IMG/VR virus record: IMGVR_UViG_3300020044_005158
Location: 1-63,828 of that record
DNA length: 63,828 nucleotides
DNA from: a virus
Lineage: Duplodnaviria > Caudoviricetes
Reading direction: 5' to 3' (one strand)
Shown here: in pieces, positions 46,750 through 57,246 of the stretch
Layout: each line of letters starts with the position of its first letter
How positions within the stretch are numbered: position 1 is the stretch's first letter
Made by a program: the position numbers and the translations under genes
Notes under the pieces: model-generated
Seen by the model: the letters and a program-made list of their open reading frames with translations, nothing else
Database searches by the model: none
What the model was told of the DNA's origin: nothing

Positions 46750-48947
46750 GTTTGTACGCAGTACTTGATGATTATCTACCAAGTCAGGTTAAGAACCGGA
46801 AGTGGAAGTATGGATACGACGAGAAGTATGACTTGGTTGTAATATCCAAGGACGGTACTGTAGGTGAGGTTTATGAAATTAATGGCGTAAAGGTAGGTCT
46901 TCCAAAAGTCCAAAAGGGATTAAAGAAGGGAGAGAATAAATGGAAGCCAGAAGAGTATCCAAAAGAACTTTCTAGAATCAAGACGATATTTGAATGGAAT
47001 CAAATGTCTCCTGAGTTCAAGGTTAAGTGGGTGGACTACATTCAGGCTGAATTTGAGAAGAGGGATGACGGGCATTGGTTTGTCAATAACGGATCTCCTA
47101 CATACATTACGGGAAGCCACTATATGTACCTGCAGTGGTCCAAGATAGATATCGGACTTCCAGACTTCCGTGAGTCCAACCGTATCTTCTGGATATTTTG
47201 GGAGGCATGCAAGGCTGATGACAGATGCTTTGGTATGTGCTACCTTAAGAACAGACGTTCTGGATTCTCATTCATGTCTTCATCAGAGACGTCAAACATT
47301 GGTACTATATCGATGGATGCGAAGCTAGGGATACTATCGAAGACAGGTCCTGATGCTAAGGAGATGTTCATACATAAGGTAGTTCCAATTGTAAGAAACT
47401 ATCCATTCTTTTTCAAGCCAGTACAGGACGGTATGGACGCACCAAAGTCAGAGCTATCGTTCAGACTTCCTGCAAAAAAGATTACAAAGAAAAACATGGC
47501 TGAGAAGGACGAAGAGTCCATCACAGGTCTAGATACTACAATTGACTGGTTAAGCACGGCAGACAACTCCTATGATGGTCAGAAACTGCTTATGTTAGTA
47601 CACGATGAGTCTGGGAAATGGCTCGCACCGAATAACATCCTAAATAACTGGCGTGTAACTAAGACATGTCTTCGTTTGGGTAGTAGGATAGTTGGTAAGT
47701 GTATGATGGGATCAACCGTTAATGCACTAGCAAAGGGAGGTCAGAACTTCAAGGACTTATACTATGACAGCGACCCAAAGAGAAGAAATAATAACGGTCA
47801 GACAAAGAGTGGTTTATACTCATTGTTTATACCAATGGACTACAACTTCGAGGGATTCCTTGACGAGTACGGTCATGCTGTGATAGAGGACCCAGCAAAG
47901 CCAGTGATGGGTATAGATGATCGTCCAATAAAGATTGGGGTTGTGTCATACTGGAACAATGAGGTTGAGGCACTGAAGCATGACCCTGACGCGTTGAATG
48001 AATTCTATCGTCAGTACCCACGTACAGAATCGCATGCGTTCAGGGATGAATCAAAGCAGTCTCTATATAACCTGACAAAGATTTACCAACAGATAGATCA
48101 CAACGATAACTTAATACGTGACAGAGTAATTACTCGTGGACAGTTTCACTGGAAGGGTGGGGTTATAGACAGTGAGGTTGTATGGAGTCCAGATCCGAGG
48201 GGTAGGTTCATCATGGCATGGGTTCCACCGAAAGAGCTTCAGAATAATGTGATTGTGAAGAACGGGAAGAAGTATCCGGGTAACGCTGACGATGGCGCAT
48301 TTGGATGTGACCCGTATGACATATCTGGAGTTGTTGGTGGAGGTGGATCAAACGGTGCACTTCATGGGCTTACTGGTTCAAGTATGGACCCAAATATTCC
48401 ATCAAACATGTTCTTCTTGGAGTACATAGCCAGACCTGCAACTGCTGAGATATTCTTTGAGGATGTACTCATGGCTTGTGTGTTTTATGGCATGCCGTTA
48501 CTAGCGGAGAACAATAAGCCAAGACTACTGTACCACTTCAAGAATAGGGGGTATAGAGGATTCTCTATGAATAGACCTGACAGGACTATAGCACAACTAT
48601 CAAAAACTGAAATAGAACTTGGAGGAATACCAAACTCTTCTGAGGATATAAGACAAACACACGCAGCTGGAATTGAGTCATACATAGAGCAATACGTTGG
48701 ATTTGATAACGAGGGAGAGTACCGTAATCCTGATAGTATTGGTAACATGTATTTCAATAGAACGCTTGAGGATTGGGCTAGATTCGATCCAAACAATCGT
48801 ACAAAGCATGATGCCTCTATATCTTCAGGTCTTGCAATAATGGGAGTGAGACGACATACATTCCGTGTAGAAACTAAGAAGTCCAAAATTTCCGTATCTT
48901 TGTCGAGGTACAAGAATGACGGACATAGCAGTCAAATAATAAGATGA
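46746..48947 (+). CDS. terL: Terminase large subunit
   Basis: KNRRSGFS, HDESGKW, GCDPYD, AENN, HDASISSG. Confidence 0.9.
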   Translation: MSLYAVLDDYLPSQVKNRKWKYGYDEKYDLVVISKDGTVGEVYEINGVKVGLPKVQKGLKKGENKWKPEEYPKELSRIKTIFEWNQMSPEFKVKWVDYIQAEFEKRDDGHWFVNNGSPTYITGSHYMYLQWSKIDIGLPDFRESNRIFWIFWEACKADDRCFGMCYLKNRRSGFSFMSSSETSNIGTISMDAKLGILSKTGPDAKEMFIHKVVPIVRNYPFFFKPVQDGMDAPKSELSFRLPAKKITKKNMAEKDEESITGLDTTIDWLSTADNSYDGQKLLMLVHDESGKWLAPNNILNNWRVTKTCLRLGSRIVGKCMMGSTVNALAKGGQNFKDLYYDSDPKRRNNNGQTKSGLYSLFIPMDYNFEGFLDEYGHAVIEDPAKPVMGIDDRPIKIGVVSYWNNEVEALKHDPDALNEFYRQYPRTESHAFRDESKQSLYNLTKIYQQIDHNDNLIRDRVITRGQFHWKGGVIDSEVVWSPDPRGRFIMAWVPPKELQNNVIVKNGKKYPGNADDGAFGCDPYDISGVVGGGGSNGALHGLTGSSMDPNIPSNMFFLEYIARPATAEIFFEDVLMACVFYGMPLLAENNKPRLLYHFKNRGYRGFSMNRPDRTIAQLSKTEIELGGIPNSSEDIRQTHAAGIESYIEQYVGFDNEGEYRNPDSIGNMYFNRTLEDWARFDPNNRTKHDASISSGLAIMGVRRHTFRVETKKSKISVSLSRYKNDGHSSQIIR

Positions 48948-51391
48948 GCGACAACAAAGTAGAACTAATTTTAACGTCGGAAACATTCCCGTCTCATATA
49001 GCGTCTGATTCTGAAAAGGAATCAAAAGCTTATGGACTCAAGGTTTCTAAAGCTATTGAACAAGAGTGGTTTAGAAGATCTGCAGGATCTTGTAGATTCT
49101 ATGATCAGTATGCAGATTTTCACCGACTAAGACTTTACGCAAGAGGCGAGCAGCCAATTGGTAAGTATAAGACAGAATTTGCTATTGATGGCGATTTATC
49201 TTATTTGAACTTAAACTGGGAGATTGTACCTATCATCCCTAAGTTCGTTGACATTGTTGTCAATGGAATGTCAGACCGTGCATACAAGGTTAGAGCTACG
49301 GCTCAAGATGCAATGTCTGCTGAGAAGAAGAACATGTTCCAAGACATGATTGAAGCCGACATGGTTTCAAAGGATTTTCTTCAGATGACTAAAGATCAGT
49401 TTGGAGTTGATGCGTTTAATGTTGACCCAAAAGATTTACCTCAGACAGACGAGGAGCTGAATCTTTATATGGAGCTAAGGTACAAGCCATCTATTGAAAT
49501 TGCTGAGGAGATAGCAATTGACAACATACTCGAAATGAATGACTTCAAGTTAATTCAGGAGATGTGTGACAAGGACCAATGCGAGATTGGAATCTCAGCT
49601 ACAAAGCATGAATTTTTAAAAGGAGAGGGTATCAAGGTTGAGTATGTAGATCCAGCCAATATGGTTTGGTCATATACCGAGAAGCCTGATTTTTCTGATT
49701 GTTACTACTACGGAGAGATTAAGCAGGTACACTATACAGAACTAAGAAAAATAAATCCAGACCTAACTGATGAACAGCTAGAGGAAATAAAGCAGTACGG
49801 AACGTCTTGGTATGACGCATACAATATAACAAGAAAGCTATATGATGATGCGTTCCTTGATGAAGTCGTTACTCTGTTGTACTTCAACTACAAGACCGAA
49901 AAGAAATTTGTCTACAAGGAAAAAACAACTAAGTCAGGCGGTAAGAAGCTTATTCTTAAGGATGACTCTTTCTCTAATGCTGAGAGCGAGCACTTCCGGG
50001 TTGTTGAAATCGCTAAAGAGGTCTGGTACGAAGGAATACTGGTAGCTGGTTCTAATCACTTGTTGAAGTGGAACCTGATGGCAAATATGGTCCGTCCAAA
50101 GTCTGCCACTCAGAAGGCTATGCCAAACTACATGATGTTTGCACCTAGAATGTATAAGGGACAAATTGATTCACTAGTTAAGAGAATGATTCCATTTGCG
50201 GATCAGATACAGTTGACACACCTTAAGCTACAGCAGGTTCAATCTAGAATGGTTCCAGATGGAGTATTCATTGATGCTGATGGGCTTACAGATGTTGACT
50301 TAGGAAAAGGATTAGAATACAATCCGAACGAAGCATTGAAGCTATTCTTCCAGACAGGATCTGTAGTTGGTAGGTCTTACACAGGAGATGGAGAATTTAA
50401 TAATGCAAGAGTTCCAATCCAAGAGTTAACTCATGGGGCAGGTCAAGGAAAAATAAATGCATTAATTACTGCGTACAACTACTACCTAAATATGATACGT
50501 GATGTCACAGGTCTTAATGAGGCTCGTGATGGATCAACACCAAATCCAGACGCACTGGTAGGAGTTCAGAAGTTAGCGGCATTGAATAGTAATACCGCAA
50601 CACGTCACGTACTTGAGGGTCGTCTGATGATGACGAGAAGACTTGCTGTCGCTCTATCATTAAGGATGGCTGACATTCTTAAGTATGCTGACTTCAAGGA
50701 GCAGTTTGCTATGCAGATTGGTAAGTACAATCTTGCGATAATTGAAGACATAAAGGATTTATACCTGTATGACTTTGGTATCTATATTGACTTAGCGCCT
50801 GACGAACAAGAGAAGGAGCAGCTTGAGAGAGATATCGCAATCTCCCTACAGAGAGATCAGATTGACTTAGAGGATGCAATTGACATCAGAAACGTAAAGA
50901 ATATTAAACTAGCTAACGAACTCTTGAAAATGAAGAGACGTCGTAAGTTAGAGGATTTAAGAGCGAGAGAAGATCAGCAACAACAGATGCAGGCACAGAT
51001 CAACATGGAGTCTCAGCAGATGGCGGCACAAACGTCAATGCAGAAGACACAGATGGAGATTGATGGAAAGATAAGTCTTAAGCAAGCGGAGGTACAGTTG
51101 GATATTCAACGCATGCAAGCGGAGGTTAATCTCAAGAAAGAATTAATGCAGATAGAGTTCAGTTATAACATGGAGCTAAAAGGCATTGAGACTGAAGGGA
51201 TATCAAGAAGAGAGAAAGAAAAGGAAGACCGAAAAGACAAGCGTACAGGAATTCAGGCAACACAACAGTCTGAACTAGTTGAACAACGTCAGAAAGGACT
51301 TCCAGCAAAGAACTTTGAAAGTTCTGGTAACGACTTAATTTCTACAAGTGGTGCTGGAGCGTTTGATTTAGAATCGTTTATGCCGAAGTAG
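48944..51391 (+). CDS. Portal protein
   Basis: Follows TerL; PIIPKFVDIVVNG, TGLNEARDG, Gln-rich C-terminal coil. Confidence 0.85.
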   Translation: MSDNKVELILTSETFPSHIASDSEKESKAYGLKVSKAIEQEWFRRSAGSCRFYDQYADFHRLRLYARGEQPIGKYKTEFAIDGDLSYLNLNWEIVPIIPKFVDIVVNGMSDRAYKVRATAQDAMSAEKKNMFQDMIEADMVSKDFLQMTKDQFGVDAFNVDPKDLPQTDEELNLYMELRYKPSIEIAEEIAIDNILEMNDFKLIQEMCDKDQCEIGISATKHEFLKGEGIKVEYVDPANMVWSYTEKPDFSDCYYYGEIKQVHYTELRKINPDLTDEQLEEIKQYGTSWYDAYNITRKLYDDAFLDEVVTLLYFNYKTEKKFVYKEKTTKSGGKKLILKDDSFSNAESEHFRVVEIAKEVWYEGILVAGSNHLLKWNLMANMVRPKSATQKAMPNYMMFAPRMYKGQIDSLVKRMIPFADQIQLTHLKLQQVQSRMVPDGVFIDADGLTDVDLGKGLEYNPNEALKLFFQTGSVVGRSYTGDGEFNNARVPIQELTHGAGQGKINALITAYNYYLNMIRDVTGLNEARDGSTPNPDALVGVQKLAALNSNTATRHVLEGRLMMTRRLAVALSLRMADILKYADFKEQFAMQIGKYNLAIIEDIKDLYLYDFGIYIDLAPDEQEKEQLERDIAISLQRDQIDLEDAIDIRNVKNIKLANELLKMKRRRKLEDLRAREDQQQQMQAQINMESQQMAAQTSMQKTQMEIDGKISLKQAEVQLDIQRMQAEVNLKKELMQIEFSYNMELKGIETEGISRREKEKEDRKDKRTGIQATQQSELVEQRQKGLPAKNFESSGNDLISTSGAGAFDLESFMPK

Positions 51392-51392
51392 T

Positions 51393-51539
51393 ATGAGTAA
51401 GGGATTATACGCAAACATTCACGCTAAAAAAAAGCGAATAGAGCAGGGGTCTGGAGAGACTATGCGTAAGAAAGGTAGTAAGGGTGCTCCAACAGAAGAT
51501 GCATTTAAACGATCAAGAAAAACAGCTAAGAAGAAATGA
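51393..51539 (+). CDS. Small basic protein (48 aa, GLYANIHAK...KGAPT)
   Basis: Manual translation; recognisable small phage family. Confidence 0.7.
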   Translation: MSKGLYANIHAKKKRIEQGSGETMRKKGSKGAPTEDAFKRSRKTAKKK

Positions 51540-51814
51540 AAGATTCAAGACTAGAAAGAGCTGGGGTTGCTGGATTTAATAAGCCCAAACGTACTCCTAG
51601 TCATCCTACTAAGTCGCACATTGTTGTAGCTAAAGAAGGAGACACTATTAAGACTATTCGTTTCGGGCAGCAGGGAGTAAGTGGATCACCTAAGAAAGAA
51701 GGTGAGTCTGAATCCGCAAAGAAAAGACGTGCATCATTTAAGGCGAGACATAAGTGTGACACAGCAAACAGCAAATTAACTGCCAGACATTGGGCTTGTA
51801 CAAAAAAGTGGTGA
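51536..51814 (+). CDS. Basic phage protein
   Basis: KSH.V..IRFGQQG..RR.SF.ARH.C. Confidence 0.7.
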   Translation: MKDSRLERAGVAGFNKPKRTPSHPTKSHIVVAKEGDTIKTIRFGQQGVSGSPKKEGESESAKKRRASFKARHKCDTANSKLTARHWACTKKW

Positions 51815-52443
51815 GAGAAATAATAGACGATAGGATAAAGAATGTTGATGGTAAGTTTACATCCGTATGCTTATGTGGATCAAAATTATCATCAAAATAC
51901 AAGGATGCTGTGTTGAAAGCGCTAAAAAAAGGCAGATGTATATCTTGCACAGTACAGCCAAAAATGATTCAAACTGAAGATGTATTCATGACGAATGACG
52001 GTAAATGGTCATGTCGCTGTTTTAAGTGTGGAATAATAAGATCCTATACTAGAAAGGAACATGCAAGGAATAGTTTTATACTAAAATCAACATGTAAAAA
52101 ATGTTCTGCAGCTAAAAAAAGTAATTCTGCTAGTGTTGGATGGTCAAGGAGAGAATATAATAAGTATATGAAATCAGCTATGGCTAGAGGTATAGAATGG
52201 AATATATCTGAGGAATACATGAGAAATTCTTTTAATGGAAAATGTTCACTTACTGGCTGGGATATATCTGCAGAATATAGCGTAAAGACAGCAAGCCTAG
52301 ACAGGATAAATAGTAATATTGGATACATTGAAGGTAATATTCAATGGGTTCACCCAATGGTTAATATGTCAAAAAATAAATATGATCAAAACAAATTCAT
52401 AGAAATGTGCTCTAGTGTTCATTTAAATATGTCAAAAAGATAG
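51790..52443 (+). CDS. HNH-type endonuclease with Zn-finger N-terminus (homing-like)
   Basis: CxxC pairs; SLDRIN..GY..GNIQWVH..VN..K. Confidence 0.75.
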   Translation: MGLYKKVVREIIDDRIKNVDGKFTSVCLCGSKLSSKYKDAVLKALKKGRCISCTVQPKMIQTEDVFMTNDGKWSCRCFKCGIIRSYTRKEHARNSFILKSTCKKCSAAKKSNSASVGWSRREYNKYMKSAMARGIEWNISEEYMRNSFNGKCSLTGWDISAEYSVKTASLDRINSNIGYIEGNIQWVHPMVNMSKNKYDQNKFIEMCSSVHLNMSKR

Positions 52444-52500
52444 CAAAATCAAGCGTATCAATCTTTTTGTTAATTTTGTAACAATTAAATTTAAATCTAT

Positions 52501-53577
52501 ATGGAATTCAAATCAGTTCGAGTAGTAGACGGAAATGATAAGTCAGCCGTTGAAATCGAAAAAGAGTTGGTAGAACAGCACGAAAAAAGTCTTGAGGAAA
52601 ATCAAGACAGGCAGACGGAAGAGCAAGTAGTTGAGACTACTGTAGAACCAGTCATGCCAGAATTAAGAGAAGAAGACGTTCTTTCATTTATTAAGAGCAA
52701 AAGAAATATCGAGGTGAACTCATTAGATGAGTTCGAGGCGTTACTTCAAAACAAACCAGCTGACTTGCCTGAGGATGTGGCGACATATCTAAAGTACAAG
52801 CAAGACACTGGCAGAACATTTGAGGATTTCGTTAAGCTTCAGAAGGATTACTCTAAGGAGGACCCGATGAAGACCTTGAGAGATTTTTATACTGAGCAGG
52901 ATCCAGAAATTTCTGATCGTGAGTTGTCGTTTAAGTTGAGAAAATTCACTTATGACGTAGACATGGACGATGAAGATGAAGTTACTGAGAAACAGCTTTA
53001 TTTAAAAGAAGAGCTTTCGAAAGCGAAGGATCACTTCAATAAGCTAAAAGAACAATATAAAGTTCCTCTTGAGTCAAGAGATTCTTTCGTTCCAGAAAGC
53101 GAAAAGGAGAACTACAAAGCTTTCAAAAGAAATCTTGAGCAAGCTCAAACGGTTGAACAGGAGAATCAGGTTCGGTCCAAGTTTTTTGCTGAACAGACTA
53201 ACAAACTTTTTTCTGAAGGATTTGAAGGTTTCAAATTTAAGAATGGGGAAAGCGAATTGGTTTATAAGCCAGCAGAAGCAAAGACATTAAAGGAGTCTCA
53301 GTCAGACATTTCAAACTTCATTGGGAAGTTCTTGGATGACAAAGGATTTTTGAAAGATTCAGAGGCGTTTCACCGGGCAATTGCAGTGGCATCAGATCCT
53401 GATAAATTCTTCTCTTTCGCTTACGAACAAGGTAAGGCAGATGGAGTGAATGGATTAGAGAAGGATTCTAAGAATATTGATATGGGAACTAAATCGGCAA
53501 CAACTATAACACCGAAAGCAGGACTAATCATTAGAGATGCGTCAGCAGGAGAGCAGCCAAGGTATAAACTAAAATAG
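52501..53577 (+). CDS. Capsid scaffold/assembly protein
   Basis: Acidic, directly upstream of MCP; FAYEQGKAD. Confidence 0.65.
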   Translation: MEFKSVRVVDGNDKSAVEIEKELVEQHEKSLEENQDRQTEEQVVETTVEPVMPELREEDVLSFIKSKRNIEVNSLDEFEALLQNKPADLPEDVATYLKYKQDTGRTFEDFVKLQKDYSKEDPMKTLRDFYTEQDPEISDRELSFKLRKFTYDVDMDDEDEVTEKQLYLKEELSKAKDHFNKLKEQYKVPLESRDSFVPESEKENYKAFKRNLEQAQTVEQENQVRSKFFAEQTNKLFSEGFEGFKFKNGESELVYKPAEAKTLKESQSDISNFIGKFLDDKGFLKDSEAFHRAIAVASDPDKFFSFAYEQGKADGVNGLEKDSKNIDMGTKSATTITPKAGLIIRDASAGEQPRYKLK

Positions 53578-53604
53578 TAATAACAAAAACAAAAACCTAC
53601 AAAA

Positions 53605-55032
53605 ATGGCAGGAACAATCGGTGGATCTTATGATCTACAACCAAGCTCGGTGAAAGCTACTCTACAGAGTAACTACATCACTAATTTTGATTTCTTGAAT
53701 CAGTATCTTCCAGATACATATGAGCAAGAATTCGCACGTTACGGAGATCGCTCTGTATCGTCTTTTTTACGTAGAATGGGAGCAGAAATTCCTTCTAACT
53801 CTGACTTAATCAAGTGGACAGAAGAAGGTCGTCTACACACTAAGTATGCAGCATGTTCTATCGCTTACGGTGGTGGAAATGATACAGCTGTATTAACAGT
53901 AAATGATGTTGATGCAGCAGGAAACTACCTTAATTCTGTTTTTAGAATTGGTCAAACTGTATTCTTATCATCTAATGTAAATTCAGCACAATCTGATAAG
54001 GCTATCATCACAGCTATTTCAGCATCTGTTGGAGCTGTTACTCCAGCTACATTTACAGTAGCTTACTACGCTGCAGCAGGTGGTACTATTACTGATTCTG
54101 GAAACAATGACATTACTGCATTCGTTTATGGATCTGAGTTCAAGAAAGGATCTAACGGTATGTCTGGATCTTTAGATGCAGCAGTTGATATATTCGATGT
54201 ATCTCCTATCATTATCAAGGACAAGTTTGAAATCGCAGGATCTGACATGGCTCAAATCGGATGGGTTGAAGTAGAAGGTGACGGAGGTATGTCATACCTT
54301 TGGTACTTAAAGTCTAAGTCTGAAACTCGTATGCGTTTCGAAGACTACCTTGAAATGATGATGGTTGAACACGTTGAGGCAGCATCTGGATCAGGAGCAA
54401 TCGCTGCTTCAGGTGATGTTGGTAACAAAGGTACAGAAGGTATGTTTGCAGCTGTTGAGGCTCGTGGAAATACATGGTCTGGAGGTGTTCCATCTACATT
54501 GGCTGACTTCGATACAATCTTGAATCGTTTAGACAAGCAAGGAGCAATTGCTGAAAATACATTGTTTACTAACCGTACATTTGCTTTAGCAATTGATGAT
54601 ATGTTAGCTGCTCAAAACTCTTACGGAGTTGGTGGTACATCTTACGGATTGTTTGACAATGACGAGAAGATGGCATTGAATTTAGGATTTACAGGTTTCC
54701 GTAGAGGATCTTACGATTTCTACAAGACTGACTGGAAATACTTAAACGATGCAACTCTTCGTGGTGGTATCACTGGAGGTGTAGTTAATGGTGTATTAGT
54801 TCCAGCAGGAACAATGAACGTATACGATCAAGTTGTCGGAAAGCGTATGCAACGTCCATTCTTACACGTTCGTTACCGTCAATCGGAAACAGAAAACCGT
54901 AAGTACAAAACTTGGATCACAGGTTCAGCAGGTGGAGCTTCTACTAGCGACTTAGATGCAATGCAGGTTCACTTCCTTTCGGAAAGAGCATTGTGTACTT
55001 TAGGTGCAAATAACTTCTTCTTATTCCAATAA
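53605..55032 (+). CDS. Major capsid protein
   Basis: QYLPD.YE.E..RYG.R, W.E.GRLH, strong codon bias, terminator follows. Confidence 0.85.
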   Translation: MAGTIGGSYDLQPSSVKATLQSNYITNFDFLNQYLPDTYEQEFARYGDRSVSSFLRRMGAEIPSNSDLIKWTEEGRLHTKYAACSIAYGGGNDTAVLTVNDVDAAGNYLNSVFRIGQTVFLSSNVNSAQSDKAIITAISASVGAVTPATFTVAYYAAAGGTITDSGNNDITAFVYGSEFKKGSNGMSGSLDAAVDIFDVSPIIIKDKFEIAGSDMAQIGWVEVEGDGGMSYLWYLKSKSETRMRFEDYLEMMMVEHVEAASGSGAIAASGDVGNKGTEGMFAAVEARGNTWSGGVPSTLADFDTILNRLDKQGAIAENTLFTNRTFALAIDDMLAAQNSYGVGGTSYGLFDNDEKMALNLGFTGFRRGSYDFYKTDWKYLNDATLRGGITGGVVNGVLVPAGTMNVYDQVVGKRMQRPFLHVRYRQSETENRKYKTWITGSAGGASTSDLDAMQVHFLSERALCTLGANNFFLFQ

Positions 55033-55046
55033 GAAAAAGCCTGATA

Positions 55047-55080
55047 GGGGAGGGAAGCAATCCTTCCCCTTTCTTTTTTA
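55047..55080 (+). terminator. Intrinsic terminator after MCP
   Basis: GGGGAGGGA..TCCTTCCCC plus T-tract. Confidence 0.7.
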
Positions 55081-55104
55081 AAATTTAAATCAAATCTATA
55101 TCTA

Positions 55105-55839
55105 ATGAAAAAAGCAACAAAGGAGACTATCTTCTATCTAAAGAAGAAGTCAGGACCGTCTTTCATCCTTCAATCGAGAGACATGACAACAAAAAGACTT
55201 TTGCATAATGACGGGAAGAAGAATCGTTCTTTACGGTATGCAAGCAATCAAGACTCAGTATTCGTTGATGAACAAGATGAAAATATCATCTTAGAGCCTA
55301 TTATTTTTGAAGATGGAGTATTAAGAGTTATGCCCGGAAATGATGTATTGATAAAGTTCTTAGAATTACATCCCGGAAACAATAGTTTATATTACAGATG
55401 GGATCCAGAGAAAGATGCTGAAGAGCGAATGATTAATGAAGACCTAACACTTGATGCTCAGATTGCATGTCGAGAATTAAGTATTGAGAAGATGGCTTCA
55501 ATTATTCGAATATTTACAGACTTAAATCCAGACAAGATGGAGTCAAAGGTGATTAAGTGGGAGGCTATGAATTTAGCTAAGAGATACCCTAAAGATTTCT
55601 TGGACTCAATTGATGACCCAGATTTAGAGTTAGATGATATCGCAACTCGTGCAATAAGAGATGGATATGTAGGTCTTAGAAATGGAGATAGAGACATCTA
55701 CTACAACCTAAAAGACAATAAGAAGAAATTAATGACAGTTCCATTAGGAGAATCAGCTGCTTCGGCATTAGCTGCATTCCTTCAGACAGACGATGGAATT
55801 GATTTCTATAAATACCTTCAGGTACAATACGAAGACTAA
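55105..55839 (+). CDS. Conserved post-capsid phage protein
   Basis: RYASNQ.S.FVDEQ, FL.LHP.N. Confidence 0.65.
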   Translation: MKKATKETIFYLKKKSGPSFILQSRDMTTKRLLHNDGKKNRSLRYASNQDSVFVDEQDENIILEPIIFEDGVLRVMPGNDVLIKFLELHPGNNSLYYRWDPEKDAEERMINEDLTLDAQIACRELSIEKMASIIRIFTDLNPDKMESKVIKWEAMNLAKRYPKDFLDSIDDPDLELDDIATRAIRDGYVGLRNGDRDIYYNLKDNKKKLMTVPLGESAASALAAFLQTDDGIDFYKYLQVQYED

Positions 55840-55913
55840 TACAAGAGCCGATAGAGATATCGGCTTTTTTGTTTATCTTTGTACCTATTATTAACCCATT
55901 AACCTTTTTACAA

Positions 55914-56426
55914 ATGGCAAAATTTATCAAAATTAGAACACAGGTTCTATTACAAGCAGGTACTGCTGGAACAACAGTAACAAACAAATTAACAGTAGTA
56001 AACTCTGCTGGTCTTTCAGTTGGTGATATTATTCACAACACAACAGACAATACATTTGCTACAATTACTTTAATTGACTCAGGAACATTAGTTACATTGA
56101 GTGGAGACATTATGGCATCAGGAGAAACTTACTCAGCTTATAGCGCAACACAGTATGTTGACAAGCCTTTACTAGCAGAAGGAGTAGCTCTAGTGAAAAG
56201 ATCTGCGTCTAGCTATCAGACTTTTATCAATTATTCAGCTAACAGTACTGGAACTGACATCATTACAATCCTTCATCAGCCAGTTGCATCCAAATATGAA
56301 ACTACAGTTGAAGATGCAATTGATACAGCTATTCTTGAAGTTCATAGTAATGGACAACGTCCGGATGTAGCTAGATTAGTATCTTTACCTATAGGCATCA
56401 AAGCATTGGCAGTTACAATCGCTTAA
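55914..56426 (+). CDS. Virion-associated protein (start MAKFIK)
   Basis: Own promoter and terminator; VGDI.HNTTD motif. Confidence 0.6.
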   Translation: MAKFIKIRTQVLLQAGTAGTTVTNKLTVVNSAGLSVGDIIHNTTDNTFATITLIDSGTLVTLSGDIMASGETYSAYSATQYVDKPLLAEGVALVKRSASSYQTFINYSANSTGTDIITILHQPVASKYETTVEDAIDTAILEVHSNGQRPDVARLVSLPIGIKALAVTIA

Positions 56427-56493
56427 TAATTACTAACATCTACTTTAAATTAGGGCATTCATATCGAGTGCCCTTTTTTACTATCTTTGCATT

Positions 56494-57243
56494 ATGATTA
56501 ATACTATCAGAAATACGGTCTTAGCGATAGTAAGTAAAGACAATCGTGGATACATTACTCCTGAAGAATTCAACCTGTTTGCAAGACAGACTCAGTTGGA
56601 TTTATTCGGTCAGTACATGTACGACTACAGCAATGCAATCAACAAGCAGAACGCTAGAATGCATAACTCTGGATATTCAGACGTTCCTGAATTACTTCAT
56701 GAGATCATAGATAAGTTCTTGGTTGAAGACGTACTTGTGTACAACAACACATCAGACAAGTTCTATGTACCGGGGGATAATCCAGCACAGCCATCACAGG
56801 GTAGGTCATACAAGATTATTAGACTTACGTATAACAACTTTGTAGAAATTGAGAAGGTAAGTCCAGTTAAGGTATTGAACTTACTGTCATCAAGTATGGT
56901 AGCGCCTACTGACACGTACCCAGTATACGTACTTAATGAGTACGCAACAGGAGGAGACATTCAAGGGATACAGGTATATCCAGTAACAATAACGGCAAAC
57001 GTTACTATCAACTACTTGAGATACCCACTTGATCCTAAGTGGACATACTATACATTACTTAGTGATGGTGCGCCAGTGTTCAATCAATCAGCAAGTGACT
57101 TCCAAGACTTTGAGCTTCCATACACGGATGCACCTAGGTTAGTAGTTGGAATTTGTAAGTTGGCTGGGGTATCGATACAAGAGACTGACGTAGTTCAATT
57201 AATGCAGGCAGAAGAGGTTAATGACAATCAACAAAAATCATAA
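56494..57243 (+). CDS. Tail ring/adaptor protein
   Basis: RGYITPEEFN.FA.Q.Q, Y.R.P.DPKW, DFEL. Confidence 0.7.
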   Translation: MINTIRNTVLAIVSKDNRGYITPEEFNLFARQTQLDLFGQYMYDYSNAINKQNARMHNSGYSDVPELLHEIIDKFLVEDVLVYNNTSDKFYVPGDNPAQPSQGRSYKIIRLTYNNFVEIEKVSPVKVLNLLSSSMVAPTDTYPVYVLNEYATGGDIQGIQVYPVTITANVTINYLRYPLDPKWTYYTLLSDGAPVFNQSASDFQDFELPYTDAPRLVVGICKLAGVSIQETDVVQLMQAEEVNDNQQKS

Positions 57244-57246
57244 TAG

